Source of the DNA: a virus
DNA length: 64,000 nt
Virus record (IMG/VR): IMGVR_UViG_3300035180_002210
Coordinates: 8,035-72,034 of that record
Strand: one strand, 5' to 3'
Below, in pieces: positions 20,801 through 30,068 of the stretch (position 1 is its first letter; each line of letters begins with the position of its first letter). The notes under the pieces were generated by a model that saw only the letters and a program-made list of their open reading frames with translations, was not told the origin of the DNA and made no database searches. The position numbers were made by a program, and so were the translations under genes.

Positions 20801-22231
20801 TTTGATGCACCGCACGACCGCCGGACCGTAGCTTTGAATCTGCTTGCTAAGAAGGGGAAGGAAGTTTACGGGAAAATTCTGAAAGATTATAACCAGACGG
20901 CCAGCACCGAGCAGACCAACAACATGGATAGCATGTTTGGTGAGAACATTACACCCGAAAACCTGTTTGAATCCGCGGTGATCGACGGGGAGTATAAGGG
21001 TAAACCGATATTTACACCGGAGGACCGGAAACTGCTGGATGAATTCAAATTTGAAACCCAGCCGAGCAAAGGCGGGAAATGGCAGAAACCGAAAGATACG
21101 TCAGCGGTTGATAAGGCGTTCAATGAAGCGACCGGGCAGCAGGAGGAAACGCAGCAGGTAGAGAAGTCGATTGATACCAGTCATAACGCACTTCTCCCGT
21201 CAAAGAAGAATCCGCGGGTGAGCCGGTGGCAGAGGATTGAATCAGCAAGTGCAGAATATCAAATTGGTGATTTTGGACCTATCTATCATCAGTTCAAGAA
21301 GAGATCAAAAGAAGCCATTCAGTTCCTTGTTGAAAAGAAGGACGGAGAGGCAATAGGCGCATTATATCATCCAGCCATAGGCGATATTGATTTGGTTTGG
21401 GGTAAAGAAGGGACTGGAAATAATGATGGATACGGGCTTGCGAAAATTGTTAAATACCATCCGGAAGTAGTTGAAAATCTTCAGGGAATATTGGAATCTA
21501 TGCCAATTAAGAGTAAAGGTAAAAATAGAATTCGATTAGAAGATAACAACCATGAAGCGGCTGTGAGTTTAGAATGGTATGGTAAGGCGAAGACCTGGTT
21601 GTTAACCGAGTACCAAAAACAAAAAGCCGCCCGAAGTATGAACGTGGGCGGCGAATCTCAGTTGAGACCAGATGAAACGACTACTTCATCTGTAAATCCA
21701 GTAAGCAATATAGTGAATGCAGGTGATGAAAGTCAAGAGATTAACAAAGGGATGAACGCAGTAGATTTCGCGCTGAAATATCACAAAGACCAGAAATATA
21801 ACGGTCAGCCGTATGTAGAAGCGCATTTGCAGCCGGTATTTGAAATGAGTAAAACACTTTGGACAGCCAGCGACAGGAAATTAGACTTTGAAACCTTGGG
21901 GAAGGCGGCCTTCCTTCACGATGTAATGGAGGACACCGATGCGACCTATGATCAGGTGAAAGAGCTTTTCGGACAGGACGCCGCGGATGCCTGCCAGCTG
22001 CTTGATACTACTAATAAGACCAAGGACGAGTATTACGCGGGAATAGCTACTTCTCCGTTAGCCAAGTTAATAAAGGCGGCAGACCGGCTTGTAAATCTGA
22101 AATCGCTTGCAGCTCACCCGGACGTTGACTGCGCAGCCTATCTTAAAAATAAATACCGGAATGATCTTGCATACTATGAGAAGTACGACATTTACCCGGA
22201 CCTGATTAAACAGGCAGTAGACGAATTATAA
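17846..22231 (+). CDS. Polyvalent protein 1: ddrB-like ParB domain + PBECR-type (barnase/EndoU/colicin E5-D/RelE fold) nuclease + HD/Mesh1-like (p)ppGpp-hydrolase domain
   Basis: About 19815-20300 YAVVELDDITASH...NDRDY...VVSGNNRTM; about 21250-21615 IGDIDLVWGKEG...GYGLAKIVKYH...WLLTEY; 21752-22231 ALKYHKDQ...PYVEAH...AAFLHDVMEDT...LIKAADRLVNL. Confidence 0.85.
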   Translation: MKFVVKYPDYEGGFIYKAVEGYNVVTRDNDLHIIDSRPINMLRKGLDTHRGKILRYDDSTVEVLTDQGVRTADRELFNRVLIHKSIATQERQAADEIWQRGGLIKSVRNMMTVKPPKVKDNTVKPPSSGGLAWNAKGGQKPDHKYIERRPSPTRPDEWVYLYQLPNGEKKWHDESGQEISEQDANSAAQNEPSEGNLTGYKEGSFVKVNSRTARVSGVADNVISVQYDDGSEEILSSFQLNPKLQKVGANYFDPQSQQNYAVETIGDNVFLGRSQSGELRAFLKRKIFKLSDEQIHPKTKSRLDPNHYTHDSVYKTYASHSQAHGYDEMSDDGLNYAKTTPVAGGQWTINREYDPATKEFTVSVNGKKDFKIDYEGKNLEVIDATDTDIIAKDETGGIWNVDKRLYGDYLRKQGLKIPAAGDNSGLSETDQILKHVTDTGSQGDKAISNATGIPLNRVKKYLADLLIDGKLRHRNGEYSTKEKPKGRWVADQKAPIVSAEERAKGEQERLSRINDKNVAKNSDEYKTGTSLLEKEGFNLNPNNEFYASKRVRANGLDFDIEAKYNMQTGLWETQVSNGHYKELQIGSNPDEKFKIADITGDTVRYYDHNGKINSVDLKELEAINGRNVFEPTKAQNASQNIAMGDQTEIVYANGEKHKANYAVVELDDITASHDERTFLPNKNYPQMDGQSTNDRDYTKNLDDQRMVQKVEQNWDNRTINNSQQADQHIIISPENFVVSGNNRTMSAKLARESNPKAWEAFKEKMIADASYYGLDPEAIKGMKHPFFVKIDADTPKDENGKYVYRKSELAKFNADDKKSKTEEEEAMTYGDAIQGRPEIMEVLADAMKDKETLSDILNSKAVDTQKAFRDALFQSGVMPQQAAKKYFNPDGSLTDNGKILVRSVLKGTFLSPDTYELSTSEGMKTFGDAIIDNVGANSINASLHPEWSLQNYINDSIRLEGKYQYSGDYKKSGSPFEQMLRMRNMFDAPHDRRTVALNLLAKKGKEVYGKILKDYNQTASTEQTNNMDSMFGENITPENLFESAVIDGEYKGKPIFTPEDRKLLDEFKFETQPSKGGKWQKPKDTSAVDKAFNEATGQQEETQQVEKSIDTSHNALLPSKKNPRVSRWQRIESASAEYQIGDFGPIYHQFKKRSKEAIQFLVEKKDGEAIGALYHPAIGDIDLVWGKEGTGNNDGYGLAKIVKYHPEVVENLQGILESMPIKSKGKNRIRLEDNNHEAAVSLEWYGKAKTWLLTEYQKQKAARSMNVGGESQLRPDETTTSSVNPVSNIVNAGDESQEINKGMNAVDFALKYHKDQKYNGQPYVEAHLQPVFEMSKTLWTASDRKLDFETLGKAAFLHDVMEDTDATYDQVKELFGQDAADACQLLDTTNKTKDEYYAGIATSPLAKLIKAADRLVNLKSLAAHPDVDCAAYLKNKYRNDLAYYEKYDIYPDLIKQAVDEL
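21615..21700 (-). ncRNA. Candidate antisense small RNA nested in polyvalent protein 1, just after the PBECR nuclease domain
   Basis: Minus-strand hairpins CAGATGAA/TTCATCTG, TCTC/GAGA and GCCGCCC/GGGCGGC followed by TTTTTGTTTTT; promoter directly upstream. Confidence 0.6.
21707..21736 (-). promoter_or_regulatory. Antisense sigma70-type promoter
   Basis: TTGACT (21736-21731), 18 nt, TATATT (21712-21707). Confidence 0.65.
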
Positions 22232-22265
22232 CAAATAACAGCATATATCAGTTAACAGGCGAAGC

Positions 22266-25200
22266 ATGGATAATCTTGATGATAAATTGAAGGCGGACAA
22301 AAACTTTAAGCTACAAGGACGTAAAAGCTTTCAGGGCCTTGATATTGCGGTAGAGAACCGGCCCGGCAGCATACGCAGCGGGCTTGACAATGACGGGGAG
22401 GAATGGGAAACCCGTATGTTTTATGAATATGGATATATCCGCGGCACGCTTGGAGTTGACGGCGAGCAGGTAGATTGCTATGTGGGTAAAAACGCCGACA
22501 GCCAAAAGGTTTTTATCATCCATCAGAAGAATCCGGAAACCGGCAAGTATGATGAGGATAAAGTTATGCTTGGGTTCACAGATAAAACACACGCCAGGGA
22601 CGCCTATTTGGCACACTACGACTCGCATAAGTTCCTTGGTGAAATAACTGAAATGACCATCGACGAATTAAAAGAGAAATTGAAAACCAGGAAGGGTAAA
22701 ATGATTAAGAGCGTATCAATTTTCGGTAAAAAAGTATTGCAGGCGTTCGAGGATATTTTTAAGTCAGTGAAAGTCCGGGATCTATTGACTATGAATATGT
22801 TTGACGCCGCGAATCCGGATGATGAGGTGACAGAGGGTAAAACCGTAGTAAAAAACGGAAAGACTTATGAATACCGCCGGAGCCAGAAAAACCCGGGGGT
22901 ACGCAGATTGTTTTCCACCGAGCAGGACGAACCGGCGCAGCCGGATTTATTCCAGACCGCTCCAAAGATAGCAGGGCCTACACCGAAGCAGGCAGCGGCC
23001 TTGGGTGAGCATGAGCCAGTAGACCAGGCAGCCATGAAGGAGGCCACAAAGAGAACTAAATTATTTGGCCAGCAAGTAAGTTTATTCGATCAGCAGGAAG
23101 AGCCGAAAACTGCAAAAAGCCTTGTAAAAATAACTAATAAAATAACCGGTGAATCTGCAAAACCGGATGAAAAAATAACTGACAAGATACCGGAAGAGGA
23201 ACACCCCGAGACAATAGGTGATGATCTGTTCTCCCAGCCAGCACCCAGCCCGAAAAAGAAAGAGGATGAAGAAAACCCGACAATGGCGTTTGGAGCGGAG
23301 GCTATTGATAAGAACGTCGTGAAGAAACGGCAGGAAATAAATGCCAAAGCGCTTGAACTTCTTAAAACAAAGAAACCTGAAGAAATGACAATGGATGATA
23401 AAATAATCCTTGCTCAGTATTCAGGCCGCGGCGGATTGGGCGGAAACACTTTTGACGATATCAGTTTGAACGAATATTACACCAGGACGCAGGAAGCACA
23501 GTTTATTTGGGATATGTTAGGGAAGTTTGGCTTCAAAGGCGGACCGGTACTGGAACCGAGTTCCGGAGTTGGCGTATTTATCCATACCGCGCCAAAGGAC
23601 ACCATAGTTGACGGCGTAGAGCTTGATAAGACGAGCAGCGCTATTGCTTCCATACTTCACGGGCAATTCCACAACATAACGAACCAGAGTTTTGAGCAAC
23701 ATATAAAAGGAAGCGACGGCGGAAAATATGCAGCGGTAGTAGGAAACCCGCCATTCGGGCCGCGCGGAATGACCTCAGTTGACGATCCGGAAAAGATAGA
23801 CTTGAACACCTGCCAGGAATATTTCCTTGACCGGGGTATTGACGAACTTGAAGAAGGCGGGTTATTGGGAATGATTGTTCCCACGGGTATCATGGATAAC
23901 CAGGTGAATGAATGGCGGCTTTCTCTCAATAAAAAGGCAGACTTTTTAGGCGCAATCAGGATGCCTACCGGAGTATTTAAGCATGCAAAGGCTCAGGTAA
24001 CAACGGATATTGTATTTTTCCGTAAAAGGGATGATGCAGTACGGGACTATCTTGAAAACGTTCCTAAAGAGGATTTGAAGGGCTTATACGACGCTCAAAT
24101 TCTTGACGCGGAGTTTATTGCCGGTAACTATTTTGAGAAGAACCCGCAGTACGCCCTTGGAACAAAGAAGCGCGGGCAATGGGAAGGACAGAGCATTTGG
24201 ACCGGTGACATAAGCCGGGGTGATCTGGATGAAGTTGGAGCATTACTGAAATTTACGGATCGGGACGCGGAATATCAGAAGCTTGGAATCCTCATTGATC
24301 GACTGCCGGCAAAAGAGCTTCATGTTGGAGATACCAAAACATTCAACGGGCGCACCTACCGATTGAACGAAAACCACCGATGGGAAAGGGTTGATGAAGC
24401 GGAGCTGGGTAAAGAATCCCTGCCAAAAGAGCTGCAGGAGAAGCTTGGAATAAAAACAAAAGCAGAATTTCAGGCCTTGCAGCGGGACGTAGCGAAAAAG
24501 CTTGAACTCACCCGCGAGCAGTTAAATCTTCTGGATGATAAGGTTTTGTCATCGGAGCTGGAAGCGTACAATGACAAAAACGACTTCCGGGCGGAAATGC
24601 TGAAGCACGCTACTTTGTTAGGGCTGGCAGTTAAAAAGTTTCAGATTGATTTACGAAGCGGGGCCATTGAAGGAAGCGACGCACAAAAAGAAGCAGCTAA
24701 GCTTGCAGGCTTGCTCAATCAGTTCCATGATAAATACGGACACCCGATTAATGATTTGAAACTGAAACGGTACTTAGGGCGCACAACCGGAAACCCTATT
24801 CTTTATTTGGCCGGGTCCTTTAACGAGGACGGCGGGTTAAGCGCAATTTTTGACGATCCACTGGCTTACTACGCAGTATACAGGACAAACTACGAAGTGG
24901 GTGAGCTTGACAGCAAGAGCATACCGAAAATTTTACAATATCTGGTTGATAACGGGCTTGACACTTCTTTCGAGTCTATACAGTCCATGTACAGCGGCGG
25001 CACCATCGAAGAAAATGAGCTTATCCGTGATGAGAATGTTTTTATTGACGAGAACGGCGGGTATAGCCCAACGCAGGAGGTTTGTGTAGGTACGGTTTAT
25101 AATAAACTGGATGCCTGGACAAAAATGCGAAAAGACATCAGCGAAAAATTGTCAACTCCGGCAGGGGTAAACGAACCCGAGGGCGAAGGTAAAACGCTTA

Positions 25201-28200
25201 GCGACGATGAAAAGGAAACCTTGCTACTGAAGGATAAAAAGCTTGAAGATCAGATTTTTGAGATGAAACGCAGAGCCGGATCTACGGAGTTAACGAATCT
25301 TCCGGTATCAATGAAGGACGCAGGAGAATTTTTTGATATTAAGCATTTGAACGAATATTTAAGCGGGAAACTGGGAGCTAATTTTGTTGGCAACATATCC
25401 AGGAATAAAGAAGGCTTTTTTGGTATGGAGGACCAAGGGCTACAGAACACCTATTTGATGTATGCCACAAAAGGCGCAGAAGGCCAGGACAAATATGAAA
25501 AAGATCAACGGAACCGGTCTATGGAGGCGTATTTCGGTAAGGAAAATCTGAATCCGCCGATGTTTCTCTTCCTGAATATGCTTAACGGCTTATCGGTTCG
25601 CGGCGCAAATAGTCTTGAATTCAAAAAACAGTACGAAGATATTGCGAACAGCTTTGTCAAATACCTTGATTCAATTGATGAGGCACCGGCCATAACCGAT
25701 ATTTATAACCGGGCTTTTAACGACTTCATACAGAAAAAGTATGATGATTCAGTTATCGAAGGCCTGAATCACTTTGCTTACGATAAAGTTGTTGCCACCG
25801 ATAAGGACGGCAAAGAATTTACAGTAAGGGATAAAATAGGCTCCCATGTTTGGGAAGTTGTCCGGCGCATGTATGACCAAGGGAAGGGTATAATTGCTCA
25901 CGGCGTCGGTTTAGGAAAGACTGTCACTGCAATTGCGCTGATAGCCTTATCGAAGGCAACGGGCCGATGCAAGAAGCCGGTAGTGATCATGCCGAAGTCA
26001 TTGCAGCTGAATTGGGTAAACGAAATTAACAAGTGGACCGAAGGGAGTAAGATACTTCCGGTTGGATTGAAGCAGGTAAACGGAGTCTGGAAGGATTGCA
26101 ACGCGCAGGAAACTATTTTGCAGCTTCAGCAGATTCAGAACGAGGACTGGGACTATATTCTGATCACCAGGGATGACTTTAAACGGATAGATTTCAACCC
26201 CGAGACGAAAAAGCGAATGATTAAAGAGATAGCGGATAAATACTATCCGGAAGGTGATGAAATGACCAAACTCGATAAGCAGAAGCGCGAAGTGGCTATT
26301 CAGCAATTGGCAAAGACCATGCAGAACGATACCGCGTTCGAAAACGTGTTTCTGGAAAATCTTGGGCTGGATATGATGGTGAGGGACGAGGCCCATGATT
26401 GCAAGAACTTACTGCAGGCAGTTCAGACGGATATTAAAGGCATAGGCAATGCCGCCGCGGCGATCAGCATGCACAACTTTTTTGCATCGAAGATCATACG
26501 CGGAGCCAATAACGAAAAGGGCGTATTCTCTATGACGGCAACACCGATTTCTAACAGTCCGCTTGAAGTGTTTAATATGATGCTGCCGGTTATGGAAAAG
26601 GAGCTCGAGGCGATCAATATTAAGACAATGGATGATTTTGTTGAGAAATTTGCAGATCACGGAATGCGGATGACTGCCGACGCCGATGGTAAGGTAGGAG
26701 AAAAAGACATGTTCTCCGGCTGGAAAGTGCCTGACGCGCTAAGGAAGATTTTCTACCGGTTCACCGACTTTAAAACAAAGGATGATGTTGAAAGTGTACG
26801 GTCAAGCATAAAGTTCCCGAAGGAACGGCCTTCCAATTTATACAGTACGTTAAATGCAGGGCAGGAACAATTAAGCGATCATTGTTCGGCAAGGCTGAAT
26901 TGTTTGAAATACCGTGAGCAGGATCCCAATACTAAAAAGTGGAACCTGAAAGACAGCGTAATGACCAAGGACATTGAGGAAGAAGTTCTAACCGAGCAGG
27001 AGAAGCAGGACGCGGTTCACTACTTCTATAATCAGTTCATACCCACGTATGAGAAATTGAACCGGGGCCGCAGTCCGGAGGATCCGCCGATTGATGACTG
27101 TTTCTTCTCAATTCAGAGCGACCTTATTAAGATCAGCAGCGATTTGGACTGGTACGCCGGGAACCGCAGCTATTATTCCAAGGATATTGATGAATCGTTT
27201 GTTGAGAAATACAATGATTTAGATAAGTATAAACAGTTGACCGAGCATGCTGCAGGGCTTTATAATTCGGGCAAGAAGCAGCTCATTTTCGCTATAAATA
27301 CTACGCTTCACCCGATCATACTTGATAATCTGATAAAGGCCGGGATAAAGCCTTCTGAAATTGCTATTGTAAACGGAAAGACGGCAAAGAACGCACAGGC
27401 CCGCTCCAAGTTCAGTGAAGGGTTCAACAGCGGCAAGTATAAAGTAATTATCGGTAACTACGCCACAATGGGCGAAGGTTTGAATTTTAACAAAGAATGC
27501 GCTGCCATCACCCACGTACAACCGGCCTGGAACTATGCACAGATCGAGCAGGGAAATGGCCGGGGAATTCGGCAGGGGAATGACCTGGACTTTGTTGATA
27601 CGTATTACATGCTCACCAAGGGCAGCATCGACACCTTCATGACTGATAAGATCATGAAGAAGGGCGGCATGGTTTCTAAATTCCTCAAAGGAGAGCTGAG
27701 CGAGTGGAACGAAGATGTTCAGCTTGACGGTGACGAAATGCTGGCCGCACGGGCGAAGAACCCGGAACGGGCAAGGAAAATTCTGGAAAGAAGGAACGCC
27801 GCCATTCAGGAGGCTAAGAAGGAGAAAAACCGGGTAATTAATTTCCAAAAGTTTGATCGGTTGTTTGAAGTAAAAGCTAAGATGAGTAAGTTTGAGGACC
27901 AAAACAGCAAACAGTATAAAATGCTGGAACAGGAACAAAATGAGATCATGGAGCGGTTGAACAACGATCCGGAATTCAAGCTGAAAGACCACCTTACTTC
28001 AGATCAGAAGCCTATTGTTATCAGGAACCATGACGTAGCAATTCCTGTAGGAAGTGTGGTGAAATATTCGAACCACCCGGACGAAGCAAATGAATTTGCG
28101 GTATTGACCGACTATACCCCGAGCACGGGACGGGTTCTTTTGACCACGTACAGTTCTGATACAAGGGAGATTAAGTCTATGCCGGTTGAATCGTTCATCA

Positions 28201-29009
28201 GCCAGTACGGATGGACCGTAAAGAAAACGGACCTTGACGTAGCGGGAATGTTCAAAACTTTGGTTGATAAGGAGAATCTTATTGATATGGGCATGATTAA
28301 CGCCATGCCGATAGACGCTTTGAACGCGAACCGGAAACAGTTATTGCAGAATTTACGGGATGTGGACTACGCACCCCCATTGATGTATAAAAATATGAAT
28401 GGTGAAATTAAATTTGATGTAGCCGATGATGTATTTCAGACAATAGAGGAGGACGGCGGGAAGGTCCTATTCCCGCAGGAATATCCGGATTGGGTTAAGG
28501 TTGCCAGCCAGATTATTAAGAGTAAACGGGATGACTCGAAAGCCCGGGGATTTTGCCGAGCGATTTACGGCGATAATTGGGAAAAGGAACTTCCGAAAGC
28601 GGTTAAGAAGTTGACGAATCCGAAAGCGGAAACAAACACCACACCGCAGGATAAGTTTGAAATACCGGACTGGAAAGAAGCCAAGTTTAATGTTTTAGTC
28701 AAGCAACTTGAAAACGAAGGCTATATTTCACCGTATGACGCTCATAGGGCAGTTAAGGAGAAATCGGACCGCTTGCCATCGGAATATCTCATGAACCGGA
28801 TATTGCAGGGCGGATTGAGTAAGAAATACATTGCGGATTATGAAAACGCGGAAAACAAGGAAGAATTTCTGCAGCGCAATAACGACCGCATGGAGTCTAT
28901 AATTGCGCTCTTTGACCACGGTGATGACGAACTGAAAAAATGGCACGACAAATTGAAGCTTGACAAATGGTACGGAGATAATAAACATTTAAGCGAGAAA
29001 ACAGCATGA
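22266..29009 (+). CDS. Polyvalent protein 2 (DarB-like): inorganic pyrophosphatase + N6-adenine methyltransferase + SNF2 helicase
   Basis: N-terminal ENRPGSIRSG...YGYIRGT.GVDGEQVDCYVG...DEDKVMLGF; MTase VLEPSSGVG, VVGNPPF; SNF2 AHGVGLGKT, RDEAH, MTATPISNSPLE, EGLN, EQGNGRGIRQGN. Confidence 0.9.
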   Translation: MDNLDDKLKADKNFKLQGRKSFQGLDIAVENRPGSIRSGLDNDGEEWETRMFYEYGYIRGTLGVDGEQVDCYVGKNADSQKVFIIHQKNPETGKYDEDKVMLGFTDKTHARDAYLAHYDSHKFLGEITEMTIDELKEKLKTRKGKMIKSVSIFGKKVLQAFEDIFKSVKVRDLLTMNMFDAANPDDEVTEGKTVVKNGKTYEYRRSQKNPGVRRLFSTEQDEPAQPDLFQTAPKIAGPTPKQAAALGEHEPVDQAAMKEATKRTKLFGQQVSLFDQQEEPKTAKSLVKITNKITGESAKPDEKITDKIPEEEHPETIGDDLFSQPAPSPKKKEDEENPTMAFGAEAIDKNVVKKRQEINAKALELLKTKKPEEMTMDDKIILAQYSGRGGLGGNTFDDISLNEYYTRTQEAQFIWDMLGKFGFKGGPVLEPSSGVGVFIHTAPKDTIVDGVELDKTSSAIASILHGQFHNITNQSFEQHIKGSDGGKYAAVVGNPPFGPRGMTSVDDPEKIDLNTCQEYFLDRGIDELEEGGLLGMIVPTGIMDNQVNEWRLSLNKKADFLGAIRMPTGVFKHAKAQVTTDIVFFRKRDDAVRDYLENVPKEDLKGLYDAQILDAEFIAGNYFEKNPQYALGTKKRGQWEGQSIWTGDISRGDLDEVGALLKFTDRDAEYQKLGILIDRLPAKELHVGDTKTFNGRTYRLNENHRWERVDEAELGKESLPKELQEKLGIKTKAEFQALQRDVAKKLELTREQLNLLDDKVLSSELEAYNDKNDFRAEMLKHATLLGLAVKKFQIDLRSGAIEGSDAQKEAAKLAGLLNQFHDKYGHPINDLKLKRYLGRTTGNPILYLAGSFNEDGGLSAIFDDPLAYYAVYRTNYEVGELDSKSIPKILQYLVDNGLDTSFESIQSMYSGGTIEENELIRDENVFIDENGGYSPTQEVCVGTVYNKLDAWTKMRKDISEKLSTPAGVNEPEGEGKTLSDDEKETLLLKDKKLEDQIFEMKRRAGSTELTNLPVSMKDAGEFFDIKHLNEYLSGKLGANFVGNISRNKEGFFGMEDQGLQNTYLMYATKGAEGQDKYEKDQRNRSMEAYFGKENLNPPMFLFLNMLNGLSVRGANSLEFKKQYEDIANSFVKYLDSIDEAPAITDIYNRAFNDFIQKKYDDSVIEGLNHFAYDKVVATDKDGKEFTVRDKIGSHVWEVVRRMYDQGKGIIAHGVGLGKTVTAIALIALSKATGRCKKPVVIMPKSLQLNWVNEINKWTEGSKILPVGLKQVNGVWKDCNAQETILQLQQIQNEDWDYILITRDDFKRIDFNPETKKRMIKEIADKYYPEGDEMTKLDKQKREVAIQQLAKTMQNDTAFENVFLENLGLDMMVRDEAHDCKNLLQAVQTDIKGIGNAAAAISMHNFFASKIIRGANNEKGVFSMTATPISNSPLEVFNMMLPVMEKELEAINIKTMDDFVEKFADHGMRMTADADGKVGEKDMFSGWKVPDALRKIFYRFTDFKTKDDVESVRSSIKFPKERPSNLYSTLNAGQEQLSDHCSARLNCLKYREQDPNTKKWNLKDSVMTKDIEEEVLTEQEKQDAVHYFYNQFIPTYEKLNRGRSPEDPPIDDCFFSIQSDLIKISSDLDWYAGNRSYYSKDIDESFVEKYNDLDKYKQLTEHAAGLYNSGKKQLIFAINTTLHPIILDNLIKAGIKPSEIAIVNGKTAKNAQARSKFSEGFNSGKYKVIIGNYATMGEGLNFNKECAAITHVQPAWNYAQIEQGNGRGIRQGNDLDFVDTYYMLTKGSIDTFMTDKIMKKGGMVSKFLKGELSEWNEDVQLDGDEMLAARAKNPERARKILERRNAAIQEAKKEKNRVINFQKFDRLFEVKAKMSKFEDQNSKQYKMLEQEQNEIMERLNNDPEFKLKDHLTSDQKPIVIRNHDVAIPVGSVVKYSNHPDEANEFAVLTDYTPSTGRVLLTTYSSDTREIKSMPVESFISQYGWTVKKTDLDVAGMFKTLVDKENLIDMGMINAMPIDALNANRKQLLQNLRDVDYAPPLMYKNMNGEIKFDVADDVFQTIEEDGGKVLFPQEYPDWVKVASQIIKSKRDDSKARGFCRAIYGDNWEKELPKAVKKLTNPKAETNTTPQDKFEIPDWKEAKFNVLVKQLENEGYISPYDAHRAVKEKSDRLPSEYLMNRILQGGLSKKYIADYENAENKEEFLQRNNDRMESIIALFDHGDDELKKWHDKLKLDKWYGDNKHLSEKTA

Positions 29010-29383
29010 AGGAAGCAGTAAAGAAGTTCTTAGAACTAATGTCCAACCAGGAAGACGGCAAATGCTTGTATAAGTTTTTTGGCGGCTGCTGGGAGCTTGC
29101 CTATCCGATCTTCAAGAAATATGCGCCAAAAGAGCTGCAGGCTTACGAAGACCGGCTGCCGGAAGAGTTCACCTATTTTAATCCTCAGGTTGAGAAAATA
29201 CTTTCCACCGGTGACGAAAAAGAAAACTGGACAGCCGCGGTAAACTATTATAATTCCCGCATGGCATCATACGCCAACCCGCAGGACGTTGACTTTATTA
29301 CCGATCCTACAACGGGTGATGACATTCCCTACGTGCCGAACCAGAGCATAGACGCGAAGCAATATTTTGGCCGGGAAGAATGA
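29006..29383 (+). CDS. Acidic hypothetical protein coupled to polyvalent protein 2
   Basis: ATGA overlap; 125-aa ORF. Confidence 0.65.
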   Translation: MKEAVKKFLELMSNQEDGKCLYKFFGGCWELAYPIFKKYAPKELQAYEDRLPEEFTYFNPQVEKILSTGDEKENWTAAVNYYNSRMASYANPQDVDFITDPTTGDDIPYVPNQSIDAKQYFGREE

Positions 29384-29730
29384 GCAGCGGTTTACGGAAG
29401 TTTTACGAAAGCCGGGATTCGCTAACGGCAGAGGAGCGGGAAAAGTTTGATGAGATATTCGAGCCGATAATCCGCGAATACGGGCATGGAGTAATCCGGG
29501 CCTTTTACCAGCTCAGCCACCGGCTACGGTTAGAATTCGAGTGCAACTCTTTGCCAATAACGCTGCTATACCGGCTATCGTTATTCCGTATGTTTGAAAC
29601 GGAGTATGCAGCGTTAACCACAAAAGAGGTGATTGATATTGAAGGCCTGCCGAAGCGGACGGCCTATCAGATGAAAGCAAGATTCTGGAAACAGAAACAT
29701 GATGCTAAAAAATTAACAAAGAACGGGTAA
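29380..29730 (+). CDS. Hypothetical protein with possible C-terminal HTH
   Basis: ATGA overlap; TTKEVIDIEGLPKRTAYQM. Confidence 0.55.
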   Translation: MSSGLRKFYESRDSLTAEEREKFDEIFEPIIREYGHGVIRAFYQLSHRLRLEFECNSLPITLLYRLSLFRMFETEYAALTTKEVIDIEGLPKRTAYQMKARFWKQKHDAKKLTKNG

Positions 29731-29735
29731 TATTA

Positions 29736-30068
29736 GTGAAAACAGGAAAAGGACGAATTACAGAAATTTTTAATACGCTGGAGAAGGTTGGGTATATCGT
29801 ATTCACGTTCAACAGCCAGAAAGCCCTTGGAACCGGAATGAAAGACTTTGTTGATCATTTGATCATCGGGCATGGCCGGTCAATTTATATTGAAGTGAAA
29901 TTGGGGAGAGACGTAATAAGCAAAGGGCAGGAGCGGACACACGCGCTTTTAGCCGCGGTATCGGCACAAAACAGGCTGGTTGAACTATTCATAGTGAGGG
30001 ACGAAACCCAGGCAACAGCGATTAGAGATAAAATTTTATATTCAAAAGATATGGAAATGATACTATGA
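29736..30068 (+). CDS. VRR-NUC-like PD-(D/E)XK nuclease
   Basis: GMKDFVDHLII...IYIEVK...SKGQ. Confidence 0.7.
   Translation: MKTGKGRITEIFNTLEKVGYIVFTFNSQKALGTGMKDFVDHLIIGHGRSIYIEVKLGRDVISKGQERTHALLAAVSAQNRLVELFIVRDETQATAIRDKILYSKDMEMIL

Noticed and set aside
21626-21652. True tRNA T-loop in the antisense RNA
   Set aside because: Loop ACGTTCATACTTC does not fit TTCRANY and there is no acceptor stem or CCA, so tRNA mimicry remains speculation
25127-25155. Minus-strand TTGACA inside polyvalent protein 2
   Set aside because: No -10 element at a suitable spacing
27219-27992. 257-aa minus-strand ORF inside polyvalent protein 2
   Set aside because: Overlaps conserved SNF2 motifs and has the Leu/Phe/Val-rich composition of an antisense shadow, unlike 40767-41027
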